From positions 1 to 57,163 of the forward strand of contig JALSOP010000035.1 of the NCBI GenBank assembly GCA_026986435.1: a stretch of DNA of 57,163 nucleotides, written 5' to 3'. Below the pieces are notes generated by a model that ran no database searches, had not been told where the DNA came from, and saw nothing but the letters and a program-made list of their open reading frames with translations. A program made the position numbers and the translations under genes. This stretch comes from Desulfurococcales archaeon (lineage in GTDB: Archaea > Thermoproteota > Thermoprotei_A > Sulfolobales > NBVN01). Positions 1 to 9,557 of this stretch are shown here, in pieces (position 1 is the stretch's first letter; each line of letters starts with the position of its first letter).

Positions 1-582
1 TCTCTCGAGACTGCCCTCGCCAACGCCACCTATCACCCTCGGTATGTTGCCCGTCCACCACCTCCTGTTCCCTGGATCAACCCTCTCGGGTGCGTGCACT
101 AAGTAGACGTCCTTGCCTGGGACGAGGCCCTCGTCCTCGAGAGCCCTGGCAACGTTCTCCTCCGTTCCTCCCGGGTATATCGTTGTCTCAAGAGCTATCA
201 AGACACCTCGCTTGACACGCTCCGCAACGCCTGCCGACGCCGAGCGTAGAGGGGAGAGATTGATGAACTCCTCAACATCCACGACTCTCTTCTTCAGTAG
301 CTCAACGAGTTTGTTGCCGACATGCTTTGGAGGGGTATTGACGGCTATTATCACGACATCCGCATCCCCTATCGGGTCGTAGGAGGTCGTTGCCCTTATC
401 CTTCCCCTAACCTCCGGCCATACCCTAATGACGTGCTCGTCCGCCACCGTGGGCTTGCCAGCGTTAATGGAGTCAACGATCACCGGGTTTATGTCTATGA
501 TCACTGTCTCTATCCCCTTCAGCGCGAGGAGCGCCGCCGTTGACTGGCCCACGTAGCCCCCGCCCACAACCGCGGCCCTCAA
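1..582 (-). CDS. Nucleotide-sugar (UDP-glucose/GDP-mannose type) dehydrogenase family protein, N-terminal part; 3' end runs off the window
   Basis: Absent from the supplied track because there is no stop in the window. My translation of the minus strand from TTG at 582 reads (M)RAAVVGGGYVGQSTAALLALKGIETVIIDINP...VVIIAVNTPP...ALETTIYPGGTEE...VHAPERVDPGN. This shows the GxGYVG Rossmann loop plus the ETT..PGTT and APER..PG blocks of this family. The frame is open to base 1. Confidence 0.75.
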   Translation of the reverse strand, partial: MRAAVVGGGYVGQSTAALLALKGIETVIIDINPVIVDSINAGKPTVADEHVIRVWPEVRGRIRATTSYDPIGDADVVIIAVNTPPKHVGNKLVELLKKRVVDVEEFINLSPLRSASAGVAERVKRGVLIALETTIYPGGTEENVARALEDEGLVPGKDVYLVHAPERVDPGNRRWWTGNIPRVIGGVGEGSLER

Positions 583-593
583 TGCGGTACACC

Positions 594-1301
594 CTACTCC
601 TCCTTGAGTAGCTCCTCCGCTTCCTTAACGATCTTTATGCCGGAACTCGCCCCTATGATGTCCGCCCCAGCAGCCAGCATAGCGGCTGCATCGATCGCCG
701 TTCTTATCCCGCCGGAGGCCTTAACACCCGTGCAGGTACCCTTCACTGCCTTCCTCATTATTATTATGTCTGAGATCGTAGCCCCTCTCCTGCCGAACCC
801 CGTGCTTGTCTTGACGTAGTCTGCGCCGGCTGCCGCCACCCGCTTCGAGGCCTCGAAAATCTCGCTCTGCGTTAGGTACCCTGTCTCGATTATGATCTTT
901 ATCTTAAGGCCGAGTTCGTGGGCTAGCCCCGTCAGCTCTCTCACTTCCTCTTCGAATGCGTCGAGGCGCCCTGACTTTATGTTGATGATGTTGGCGACTA
1001 CGTCAACCTCTTTGGCGCCGTGGTCCGCTGCCAGCTCTACAGTAGCTTTCTTCACGTCGATTAGGTCGTAGCCGTTGGGGAACCCTATCACCGTGGCTAT
1101 GGGGGTCTTTGCTACCTGGGAGGCGTAGAGTACGATGGTCGGGGGGACGACGAGCGCGCGGAACCCGTATGTGTCGGACTCCTCTATGAATTCCTCGTAT
1201 TGCCTTAGGTCGGCCTCGGGCTTGAGGAGGGTTTGGTCTATTCTGCCCGCTATGCCAGCTAGGTATTTCTTAAGAATGTCTTCGCTAATCAATCCAGTCA
1301 C
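594..1301 (-). CDS. deoC: Deoxyribose-phosphate aldolase
   Basis: 235 aa. Contains IDQTLLKPEA near the N-terminus and DYVKTSTGF (Schiff-base Lys block), with typical DeoC length. Confidence 0.88.
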   Translation of the reverse strand: MTGLISEDILKKYLAGIAGRIDQTLLKPEADLRQYEEFIEESDTYGFRALVVPPTIVLYASQVAKTPIATVIGFPNGYDLIDVKKATVELAADHGAKEVDVVANIINIKSGRLDAFEEEVRELTGLAHELGLKIKIIIETGYLTQSEIFEASKRVAAAGADYVKTSTGFGRRGATISDIIIMRKAVKGTCTGVKASGGIRTAIDAAAMLAAGADIIGASSGIKIVKEAEELLKEE

Positions 1302-4068
1302 CTGTCTGGATTTTCTCGGGTATGTATTTATCCATGAGGAACTTCAGGCCCCTGGCCGTCAGCGCCTCTATCTCGAGCTTCGAGAGTGTCAGGAAGAATA
1401 GCCCGACCTCCCTTATCCAGTCGGGGGTTCTGAACCAGCCGTAGCCCCTGTGCCTCTTCTTTCCACTGAGCTGCTCCCTCTCACTCCTGCTCATCCTCGT
1501 CGTCCTGAGGAGCTGCATCACCCTGTCCCTGAACGGGGCGTACACATCGAGCCCGACGAGCTCGATAGCCCTTATCACGTCCCTGGGCTTAGCCCTTATG
1601 ACGTAGTTCCGCCTCTCAGCAGGGGTTAGGTATGGCTCCTTCTTCCGTACGAAGCCCCTCGGCAGAGACCTCTTGCCGAGTGCCTTGGCAAACAGCTTCT
1701 CATTCCTCAGAATCTCCTCAGTCCCGAAGATGTCCGTCGGCAGAACACCGATCAGCTTAGCCGCCGGAGTAGCCAACCTCTCAGACTCATAACTCAGGGT
1801 TATTGACCCAATCTTGAAAACGCTATAGATATACCACCCATACGGGTCGCTGTTATGATAGATCACCCCGTATCCTCCGATGAACGAATTAGTCGCCGGA
1901 ACAGCGAAGTCGTACACGTAGCCCTCATATTCCTCCTCATTAACAGAGATTACCTTAGCAACAACTGCGTCACCTTCAACTAGCAAGCGTTGACCCACGG
2001 ATAACCCCATTGAGCCGCGGGATAACAGCAACGCTAGCTTGGCCTTTGACGCAGATTTGTTTCTGACCGAGTTGGAAGTGACGCCGACGTTCATTAGGGG
2101 TATGAGTTCCCTCTTGACCTCCCTGCTTGTTGGGAGCCCGTAGGTTGGTTCAGCCGCTATTCCGGTCTCGGGTGACCTGCCTGATAGGCATGAGTAAATC
2201 TCTGGCGGCGTCCTTGAGGGTGCCTTGCCTACCCTTATGATTATGTCTTCATCGTTGAACGTGACTGACGGGTTAACCCCTAGGGACTGGAGCATTAGAA
2301 ATACCTGCTTTGAGAGTACTGAACTCCTGGTCGAGTATATTATGTTCCCATACCTGTCTACGCTTCCGTCACCGTCAAATAGCCCCTTCAGGTATGAGAG
2401 CACCACTGCTTTCGGGGAATTCATTATTACCTGCGGCACCCGCTTAGCTCTTGCATTGCCCAGGAGTCCTAAGGACTTGAAGAGCATGTAGATTACGCGG
2501 GACCCCACAATTACTCTTATCCCTCTCTTTCTGTCGATCACGGGCTCGATGCCGAATCTCTCCCTTATTATTCTTCTTAATCTCTCAGCCCTCTCAGTCT
2601 CATGAGGCCCCAGGTTGAATGTTATGTACCTCCCGCCCCACACACTCCCCTCCGTAGTGAAGAGTCCGAGCACCCACGCAATCTCCTCGTCAACAACTAT
2701 CTTGTTAGGTACTCTGTTCCTTGAGCGAGAGAGTCTCACGTAGCATGCTTTCTCGAGATCCTCTTCGTTCGCTTCTCTCAGCCTTATCTCGATGCCTTTC
2801 TCGAAACCGAGCCAGAGGGAGCTCTCCAGCTTAAAGTGAAGACCATATGCCTCCTTGTTGTTGACGAGCGTCTTCGCCACATTTATTACGCGGTATCCCC
2901 TGTCGTCAGGCAAGAGAGGCAGTCTTTCAGCTATAAGTATGTAGTCACCTGGCTTGATCTTGTGTGCTGGTTCCACAACTATTCTTCCATTCCTGAACAC
3001 AAAGAGAGAGTGTGCCTTAGTTACTCTCACAGTCCCCCTGCCCCTAAGCCTCAGTTTCAAGATCTTCTCCTTAATGCGGTGTCTGTACGCGTAGCCTATG
3101 GGATGCCACTCTATCCTCCCGTTGACGGGGTTCCATGAGGGAACGGCTAGAGGGGCTGTGACTCTCTCCTTAGGCGTGCCTTTCTTGAAGTACTTCCCTA
3201 TTAATTCTTCAACAGGCCCAACCATCACCTCGCCGGTGCGTAGGTCCTTAACCACTACGACCTCGTCTGCTGGTATGCTATCGGTTATAACGTAGACTGG
3301 GAGGTTTAGCTCCTGGTTAAGTCTTCTCACGAATCTTCTGGTGGCCCTGTCCGGCTGGCCGGCGCTCGTTATGAGGAGTGCTTTGTATTTTTTCCAGAAT
3401 CCTGCTCTGTGAAGTTGCTGGAATACGGCGTCTTTCTCGACTATTAGGACGAATTCTGCCCCTACGTCGAGGAACTCTATGAAGTCCGGAGTTGGCTCGA
3501 TTGCGTATGCTCCGTGGCCCATCTTGCTGAGGTCTATGACGTCGTCACCGGATCTTATCCTCATGTCCCCGACTACCTTGCCTTTCTCTTTGCTTAGTAT
3601 GAGCATCTCCTCCCTCAGCATGTCGATGAATACCTCTATGTCCCGGATCACTGAGTCCGACTCGCTCTGCTCGTCCCAGGTGTTCTCGTACTCGATCCTC
3701 CCGGTCACGAGGTTGCGGTAGACGATGGAATGCTTGCCCCTGTAGTAGAGGTCCCTTATGGTTGGGTACTCGTCGTTCTCGAGGGCCTCAGCGATTATCT
3801 TGGCCATGAGGAGCGTCTGCATGAACTTCTTGGCCTCCTTCTGGTCGAGGAACTCCCTAACGAGCTTCCTCTCACCCAACCTCAATATACCCTTCTCCGG
3901 ATCGTAGTAAACGTTCGCGAGCACCCTCTTCCTGATACTTATTACCGGCGGCTTCCCCTTCTCTATCATGTGCAGTATCTTCATGAACCTCCTCCTGAGC
4001 GCCTGAAGCGCCTTCCTCCTAGCCCTCACGTCCTTCTTCGACGTCAGGGACATCCCCCACCACCTCAC
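1285..4068 (-). CDS. top6A: DNA topoisomerase VI subunit A (Spo11 family), interrupted by an in-frame intein
   Basis: YPTIRDLYY (catalytic Tyr region), LIVEKDAVF (Toprim Glu), and PVYVITD / SDPYGWYIY flanking a 476-aa insert. The start overlaps the top6B stop by 4 nt. The extein is 451 aa. Confidence 0.95.
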   Translation of the reverse strand: MRWWGMSLTSKKDVRARRKALQALRRRFMKILHMIEKGKPPVISIRKRVLANVYYDPEKGILRLGERKLVREFLDQKEAKKFMQTLLMAKIIAEALENDEYPTIRDLYYRGKHSIVYRNLVTGRIEYENTWDEQSESDSVIRDIEVFIDMLREEMLILSKEKGKVVGDMRIRSGDDVIDLSKMGHGAYAIEPTPDFIEFLDVGAEFVLIVEKDAVFQQLHRAGFWKKYKALLITSAGQPDRATRRFVRRLNQELNLPVYVITDSIPADEVVVVKDLRTGEVMVGPVEELIGKYFKKGTPKERVTAPLAVPSWNPVNGRIEWHPIGYAYRHRIKEKILKLRLRGRGTVRVTKAHSLFVFRNGRIVVEPAHKIKPGDYILIAERLPLLPDDRGYRVINVAKTLVNNKEAYGLHFKLESSLWLGFEKGIEIRLREANEEDLEKACYVRLSRSRNRVPNKIVVDEEIAWVLGLFTTEGSVWGGRYITFNLGPHETERAERLRRIIRERFGIEPVIDRKRGIRVIVGSRVIYMLFKSLGLLGNARAKRVPQVIMNSPKAVVLSYLKGLFDGDGSVDRYGNIIYSTRSSVLSKQVFLMLQSLGVNPSVTFNDEDIIIRVGKAPSRTPPEIYSCLSGRSPETGIAAEPTYGLPTSREVKRELIPLMNVGVTSNSVRNKSASKAKLALLLSRGSMGLSVGQRLLVEGDAVVAKVISVNEEEYEGYVYDFAVPATNSFIGGYGVIYHNSDPYGWYIYSVFKIGSITLSYESERLATPAAKLIGVLPTDIFGTEEILRNEKLFAKALGKRSLPRGFVRKKEPYLTPAERRNYVIRAKPRDVIRAIELVGLDVYAPFRDRVMQLLRTTRMSRSEREQLSGKKRHRGYGWFRTPDWIREVGLFFLTLSKLEIEALTARGLKFLMDKYIPEKIQTGDWID
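1852..3279 (-). mobile_element. Intein (476 aa) with LAGLIDADG homing-endonuclease domain inside top6A
   Basis: Ser1 (SIPADEVVVV, block A), TKAH (block B TxxH), two LAGLIDADG motifs (WVLGLFTTEGSV and YLKGLFDGDGSV), and a terminal block YVYDFAVPATNSFIGGYGVIYHN followed by Ser+1. Codon positions were checked on the sequence: AGC at 3279-3277, AAC at 1854-1852. Confidence 0.85.
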
Positions 4069-5666
4069 TCTATCTTGACCACGACCTCGTCTATACTCCT
4101 GATCTTTATGTTCCTCAGCCTCTGATTCAGCATTTCAAGAAGCTTCTTAGCTATCTCGTCGGGGTCACCCTTTTTTGTGATGTACGCGAGGGACTGGGCT
4201 ATGTCGGGTATGTACTTAGCTATAGCCACAGCCCTCGAGCTCTCCTCCATCTCTTTCTTCTTTTTAAGGAGGTACCTCTTCAGCCCCCTGAGCAGGTGCC
4301 TGAGGGCCGCCTCTATCTCCCTCTCGATCTCGGGAACGTCCGCTATCGACTCCTTACCAACACCCTTGTAGGGTATCTTCGTACTGCATATATGGACGAG
4401 CACCGCTATCGGGGCGGGGAACGAGACCTCGTACTGCGACCAGTCAAGCCTGTCCTTCGATGTGCTAATCTTCCACAAAACCTTGTAGGACACGTCCGCC
4501 GTCTCGTCGTAGAGCAGGGGTATCTTGTTGGCGTACCTGAGCAGGAGGGGTGTGTCGGAGGACTTGATCGCGCCGCCGTAAGCTATGCCCGCCTCAACTA
4601 TGAATGCGTGGCCCTCGTGGACGGCCGGCCTCCTCGTTACTGCGTCAACGTACTCGGGCTTGAGTATGGCCTTAAGCCCTATCTTGATTATGTCCTCACC
4701 GATTGGGGAGAGGTGGTCGCCCCTTGGCGGCCTTATCCCCTTAAACGATCTGAAAGCCCTGACCAGTCTCTCGATCTGGTGCGTCTTCAGCGACTTCGGC
4801 GGTGTCGAGGGCTTTATGCCCGCTAGCTCGAGTATCTTCCTAGCAGTTATCTCGCCTATGCTCTGGAACTCCTTTATGAGGAAATCCTTTATTGTCTTGG
4901 CCTTAGTATTCTTTATCATATCATTAATGAGCTCTATGTCCGCACCGTGCGGGTGCGGCTTCGTTACCCTCGGGGGGCGCGGAAGCTTCGTAGTAGCTCG
5001 CTCAAAGTAAAAAACATTGCCCTCAGGGTCACTAAAGACTATCTCGGAGTAAGGCACTATTATTGCTGTGCGCTTGAAATACTCATAAATCTTGTTTTTC
5101 GCCCTACTCCAGTCACCAGTCAGCCTTATGGAGACCCTGGTACCGTGCCATCTAGCGTCACCGCTAGGGTACGAGCCCTCTTCTAGTATTATTGGGACGT
5201 TCTTCTCTATGTCGATCTTTATCTTGTAGTGGAACACCCTCTTCCTACCTATCGGCGTCGAGTACACCTCGACAGGGCTCCCGGTCTCGCTCTGCGCATA
5301 CAGCACAGCCATCTTCACGCCGAGGCCGAACGTACCCCTTGTTTGCCTGAGGACGTACTTGGAGCTGTAGAGTACCCTGCCGAAGGCGTTGGGTATGTGC
5401 TCGGGCGGTATCCCTATGCCGTTATCCTCGACAGTTATCCTGAAAACCCCCTCCTCCCCGTCGGGCGTGATGTCGACCTTGATGATGGGGAGGATCATGT
5501 GTGTGTCTGTGGCGTCTAGGGCGTTCTCGACCAGCTCCCTTATTGTCTGGTAGAGGGCCCTCACTTTGTTCTGAAAACCAGCTAACTGCTTGTTTTTGTA
5601 GAAGAACTGTGCCGGCGATATTCCCTTGAACTCCGCTACAGGCTTTCCCTGAGCGCTCAGCGCCAT
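4065..5666 (-). CDS. top6B: DNA topoisomerase VI subunit B (GHKL ATPase)
   Basis: 533 aa. Bergerat-fold motifs ELVENALDA, DNGIGI and GTFGLGVK. Sits immediately upstream of and overlapping top6A. Confidence 0.95.
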   Translation of the reverse strand: MALSAQGKPVAEFKGISPAQFFYKNKQLAGFQNKVRALYQTIRELVENALDATDTHMILPIIKVDITPDGEEGVFRITVEDNGIGIPPEHIPNAFGRVLYSSKYVLRQTRGTFGLGVKMAVLYAQSETGSPVEVYSTPIGRKRVFHYKIKIDIEKNVPIILEEGSYPSGDARWHGTRVSIRLTGDWSRAKNKIYEYFKRTAIIVPYSEIVFSDPEGNVFYFERATTKLPRPPRVTKPHPHGADIELINDMIKNTKAKTIKDFLIKEFQSIGEITARKILELAGIKPSTPPKSLKTHQIERLVRAFRSFKGIRPPRGDHLSPIGEDIIKIGLKAILKPEYVDAVTRRPAVHEGHAFIVEAGIAYGGAIKSSDTPLLLRYANKIPLLYDETADVSYKVLWKISTSKDRLDWSQYEVSFPAPIAVLVHICSTKIPYKGVGKESIADVPEIEREIEAALRHLLRGLKRYLLKKKKEMEESSRAVAIAKYIPDIAQSLAYITKKGDPDEIAKKLLEMLNQRLRNIKIRSIDEVVVKIE

Positions 5667-5719
5667 ACCCCCCTCTCCTCTCCAGGTATACGATTCCTAA
5701 CTATTAAGTTGGGAGAGCG

Positions 5720-6646
5720 TCAGACCTTCTTCAAGAGGTACGCCGCCAGAATCGGTAGGACAATCGTTGCGTCACCATACACCGTAACGTGCTTCGCGTC
5801 GAGGCCTATCTTCCCCCAACTGATCGCCTCTCTCGTCATGGCACCGCTTAGAGAGCCGTCCCACTCAACCGCCGTTGTTATGTAGACGGAGTAGTCGAGG
5901 CCGCCCTTGAATTGGTTCCACCATATCGTGTGGTGCTTGCTTATCCCACCGCCTATGACGAGGGCCGCCGACCTCTTCGAGGCGAATACCAGGTCGGATA
6001 GCTCCTTCATGTCCTTGAATAGGTTTATCCTGAACTTCGTGAACTGTGACTGCATGAAGAGGTTCGTGCCGAACGCCCCGTCAACGATCCCTGGCACATA
6101 AACCCTCGCACCTGCCCTGTACGCCGCGCCGAGGACCGAGTTCTTGTCGTGGCTGAGCCTCTTACCGACCTCATACATTAGTTCCCTAACGCCCCACTCC
6201 TCCTTGATCGGGGAGAGTTCCTCCACCAGCGATGTCGTGAAGGACTCAATCACCTTCCCATAACTATGGAAGGGTATGAAGACGTTGCCTAACCTATGAT
6301 ACCCTTTCTCGTACAGCTCCTTATCATCAGCCGCGAACATCCCCTTATAGTAGGTACCGCCGAGTGAGCGGGCTATGTCGTGGTCAACCGTGCCGCACGT
6401 CGTGATGATCACGTCGAAGAAACCCCTATCAATGAGTTGGGCTATGACGCCCCTAAGCCCTGTGGCTATGAGGTTGCCTGTGAAGGAGAGGAAGCGAAGG
6501 TCGGACTCCCTAAGTCCCTCCTCAAGTATCTTCGCAGCCCGGTATAGGTGACCGGCCATGAACCCGTGTATCTCGCCGAGGTACTCAACGATCTCCCACA
6601 GAGGTTTGTCGGGATCTATGCGCACGTCCCGCACAGGCTCGCTCAT
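5720..6646 (-). CDS. dys: Deoxyhypusine synthase
   Basis: 308 aa. ITTCGTVDHD and REAISWGKI blocks are characteristic of DHS. Overlaps the hisS stop. Confidence 0.88.
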   Translation of the reverse strand: MSEPVRDVRIDPDKPLWEIVEYLGEIHGFMAGHLYRAAKILEEGLRESDLRFLSFTGNLIATGLRGVIAQLIDRGFFDVIITTCGTVDHDIARSLGGTYYKGMFAADDKELYEKGYHRLGNVFIPFHSYGKVIESFTTSLVEELSPIKEEWGVRELMYEVGKRLSHDKNSVLGAAYRAGARVYVPGIVDGAFGTNLFMQSQFTKFRINLFKDMKELSDLVFASKRSAALVIGGGISKHHTIWWNQFKGGLDYSVYITTAVEWDGSLSGAMTREAISWGKIGLDAKHVTVYGDATIVLPILAAYLLKKV

Positions 6647-7941
6647 CCTTGACCACCTGAGGAAATGATCTCGGGTATCTTCTCCGGCTCGACCGTTATC
6701 TGCTCCCTTTCCACGAGGTCCCTAATAGTAACTTTTCCTTCACCGACCTCCTTCTCGCCGACGATTATCACGAACCTGTACCCCTTCCTTGACGCCAGCC
6801 CTATCAGCTGCCCTATCTTCTTCTTGGAAGCGAACCGCGTGTCGACCGACGCACCAGCGGACCTGGCTATCCCGGCCACACGGTCGATGAAGGGTATGGT
6901 CTCCGCACTGGCCACGAGCATCACCTTAGGCAGTTCCCCTATCAAGGCACCCGCTGTACCCGCGTTTAGGAGTGCCTCCGCTGTCCTATCGACCCCGATG
7001 GAGTAACCCGTTGCGGGTGTTGGTGGGCCGCCGTAGAGTTCTATGAGTCCGTCGTACCTGCCGCCGCCAGCTATGCTTGACTTATGGTGCGGGGTCTCGA
7101 CCTCGAAAATCGTTCCTGTGTAATATGCGAGTCCCCTTACAAAGCCTAGGTCAGCGTATGCACCGCTTATGCCTGCCTCTCTACTCATTCTCAGGAGGGT
7201 TGCCAGGTTCTTGGCGTACTTCATGGCCTCGCCCTTTATGCCTGCCTCCCTCGCCATCTCCTCTACCTTCTCGGGGTCATCGGTCCTCATCGAGACGAGG
7301 GCATACACTATGTCTGGGTCCGCCGCCTCATAACCCCGCAGCTTCTTGACTGCTTCATCCACCTCCTTCTTATCTATGAGGTGGATTATGTAGTCCTGCT
7401 CGCCCTCCGGAATACCCCACTCCCTCATTAGGGTTCGGAGGGCGCCCACGTTGCCCAGCCTGACTCTGTAGTCGCTTAAGCCGATGAGCCTGTAGTAATC
7501 CCTGATCATCATAAGGAGTTCCAGGTCAGCGTAGAGTGAGGGATCGCCTATTAGCTCGACACCCGCCTGCCAGAACTCCCTGTATCGCCCCTTCTGGGGC
7601 TCCTCATACCTGAACACCTGCCCGTAGTAGTATATCCTCACAGGCTTCGGCTCTGGGAGGAAGTGCCTTAGGTATAGCCTAGCGACGGAAGCGGTGAACT
7701 CAGGCCTTAAGGCCACCACCCTCCCAGCCTTGTCCTTGAACACGTACATGCTCCTCTCTATCTCGGGCCCGGACTTGGCGGCGAACAGCTCGAATAGCTC
7801 GATCGTCGGCAGCACGGCGTGGGTGTACCCGTAGGACTCGGCCACTCTCGAGAAGGCCGAATTAAGCTCCCTTAAGAGAACGGACATAGGGGGCAGTATA
7901 TCCCTCATGCCCCTCACTGGCTCAGTCCTTATCCTGGGCAT
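6643..7941 (-). CDS. hisS: Histidyl-tRNA synthetase
   Basis: 432 aa. GMRDILP, YYYGQVFRYEEPQKGRYREFWQAGVELIG (class II motif 2 region) and GGGRYD. Confidence 0.95.
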   Translation of the reverse strand: MPRIRTEPVRGMRDILPPMSVLLRELNSAFSRVAESYGYTHAVLPTIELFELFAAKSGPEIERSMYVFKDKAGRVVALRPEFTASVARLYLRHFLPEPKPVRIYYYGQVFRYEEPQKGRYREFWQAGVELIGDPSLYADLELLMMIRDYYRLIGLSDYRVRLGNVGALRTLMREWGIPEGEQDYIIHLIDKKEVDEAVKKLRGYEAADPDIVYALVSMRTDDPEKVEEMAREAGIKGEAMKYAKNLATLLRMSREAGISGAYADLGFVRGLAYYTGTIFEVETPHHKSSIAGGGRYDGLIELYGGPPTPATGYSIGVDRTAEALLNAGTAGALIGELPKVMLVASAETIPFIDRVAGIARSAGASVDTRFASKKKIGQLIGLASRKGYRFVIIVGEKEVGEGKVTIRDLVEREQITVEPEKIPEIISSGGQG

Positions 7942-7943
7942 GA

Positions 7944-8456
7944 TTAACCACCCCTCTCGATCAGGTCCTCAAGATGTACTCTCCATGTCTTATAGTAGGT
8001 AACGTCACCGTGGGCGTCCACCACGGCTATCACCGCCTCAAAGCCCTTCTTCGCAGCTATGTCAGACCAGGCATCGAGTTCTGAGGCAGTAATCGGCGCG
8101 TTCTCCTCCGTGACGAATACCATGAACTTCTCGGATCCCTTCTCGTAGACGAGTGTGTTGACGCCGTATGCAGCCCTAGCTCTCCTCCCTCTGTTCCGTA
8201 GGTCCACAAGTACGGAGAACTTTATCCAGTCGTACTTGCTCCTGCTGAAATACCTGAAGACATCGCGTAGGGTGAGCACCTTTCCCTCATGGATGACCTC
8301 TATCCCCCTATACACTATGTACGCCAGCTCCGAAACATCAAGGAGGACTGTTTTCCCGACCCGCCTACCCAGGCCCAGGCGCTCGACCTCTGGCGAGGCC
8401 TCGACCTCTATCGAGCCGTCCTCGAGCACTCCCAGCACCCTCATCCTGCGACCCAT
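7944..8456 (-). CDS. tRNA-splicing endonuclease family subunit, probably the non-catalytic (structural) subunit of a heterotetrameric EndA
   Basis: 170 aa. EndA-like C-terminal domain (VLVDLRNRGRRARAAYGVNTLVYEKG...VIAVVDAHGDVTYYKTWRV). No His at the position where catalytic subunits carry the H of the Y-H-K triad (reads GSEKFMVFV). Confidence 0.6.
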   Translation of the reverse strand: MGRRMRVLGVLEDGSIEVEASPEVERLGLGRRVGKTVLLDVSELAYIVYRGIEVIHEGKVLTLRDVFRYFSRSKYDWIKFSVLVDLRNRGRRARAAYGVNTLVYEKGSEKFMVFVTEENAPITASELDAWSDIAAKKGFEAVIAVVDAHGDVTYYKTWRVHLEDLIERGG

Positions 8457-8483
8457 ATAATATCCGGTTCCCGAAAGTAGGTT

Positions 8484-9548
8484 TTGGTGCGTCTCTTGAA
8501 GCAGGTTAAGTCTCTGGAATGGCTTGGCTGCAAGTTCAGGTGGCTCAACACCCTCAAGATACCATGGGAGGAGGAGTACATAGAGACAATCTCCTACGAA
8601 AGGGTAGCTAGAGCCATAGAGACTATGGAGATACGTGGGGCGCCAGCAATAGGTGTCGCCGCCGCCTACGGCGTCGCGTTGGCGGCGTGCAGCAGCCGGG
8701 CCGAGAGCGTTGAGGAGCTGAAGAAGGAACTCTTAAAGGCCATTGAGAGGCTCTCGAAGACAAGGCCCACCGCAGTGAACTTGTTCTGGGCCTTAAAGAG
8801 GATGAAGGCGGTCATCGAGAGGCCGTACACGTCAGTTGACGAGCTGAGGAAGGCGGTCATCAACGAGGCGGTCCGCATTCACGAGGAGGACGTGGCTGTG
8901 AACAAGGCGATTGGCCGCGTAGGCGCGGAGCTGGTAGAGGAGGGTGACACGATACTGACTCACTGCAACGCGGGCACACTCGCCACCGCCGGCTACGGGA
9001 CGGCCCTCGCAGTGATCAGGGCTGCGTGGGAGGCTGGGAAGAACATTAGGGTGATAGCGACGGAGACGAGGCCCGTTCTCCAGGGGGCGAGGCTTACTGT
9101 GTGGGAACTCGTGCAGGAGGACATACCGGTTACTCTCATCACTGACAACATGGTCGGGTATGTCATGAGCAAGGGGCTGGTGAATAAGGTCGTTGTCGGT
9201 GCTGACAGGGTGCTTCTGGACGGGCACGTGATAAACAAGATAGGGACGTACACGATAGCGGTGCTGGCTAGGAGGCATGGAGCAGAGTTCTACGCCGCCG
9301 CCCCACGCTCAACAATAGACCCGGAGACGAGGGTTGAGGACGTCGTGATAGAGGAGAGGAACCCCGACGAGGTTAGGTGGGTTCTCGGCAAGGTACTGAT
9401 CACGGTGCCCGACGTCCCGGTGATGAATCCCGCATTCGACATTACGCCGCCTGAACTCGTCAATGGCATCATAACCGAGGTCGGGGTCGCTAGGGCGCCC
9501 TTCAAGGAGAGCATAAGCGAGTTGCTCAAAAAAGAGTTCAAGCCATAA
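8484..9548 (+). CDS. eIF-2B alpha/beta/delta family protein, methylthioribose-1-phosphate isomerase-like (MtnA/aIF-2BI)
   Basis: 354 aa, TTG start. IRGAPAIGVAAAYG, RPTAVNLFWAL, THCNAG and VGADRV blocks. Confidence 0.8.
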   Translation: MVRLLKQVKSLEWLGCKFRWLNTLKIPWEEEYIETISYERVARAIETMEIRGAPAIGVAAAYGVALAACSSRAESVEELKKELLKAIERLSKTRPTAVNLFWALKRMKAVIERPYTSVDELRKAVINEAVRIHEEDVAVNKAIGRVGAELVEEGDTILTHCNAGTLATAGYGTALAVIRAAWEAGKNIRVIATETRPVLQGARLTVWELVQEDIPVTLITDNMVGYVMSKGLVNKVVVGADRVLLDGHVINKIGTYTIAVLARRHGAEFYAAAPRSTIDPETRVEDVVIEERNPDEVRWVLGKVLITVPDVPVMNPAFDITPPELVNGIITEVGVARAPFKESISELLKKEFKP

Positions 9549-9557
9549 ACGAGGTTT

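Noticed and set aside
113-543. Plus-strand track ORFs 113..382 and 322..543
   Set aside because: They have Ser/Arg/Pro-rich, low-complexity composition. The opposite strand encodes a motif-rich nucleotide-sugar dehydrogenase N-terminus in an open frame to the window edge.
4296-4826. Long antisense ORFs inside real genes (for example 4296..4826, 21100..21735, 24455..25063, 31725..32222, 44615..45118, 36852..37331, 47928..48422)
   Set aside because: These are shadow ORFs expected in GC-rich DNA. They have skewed Ser/Leu/Arg/Pro composition and no motifs, and each lies fully inside a CDS with strong family signatures on the other strand.
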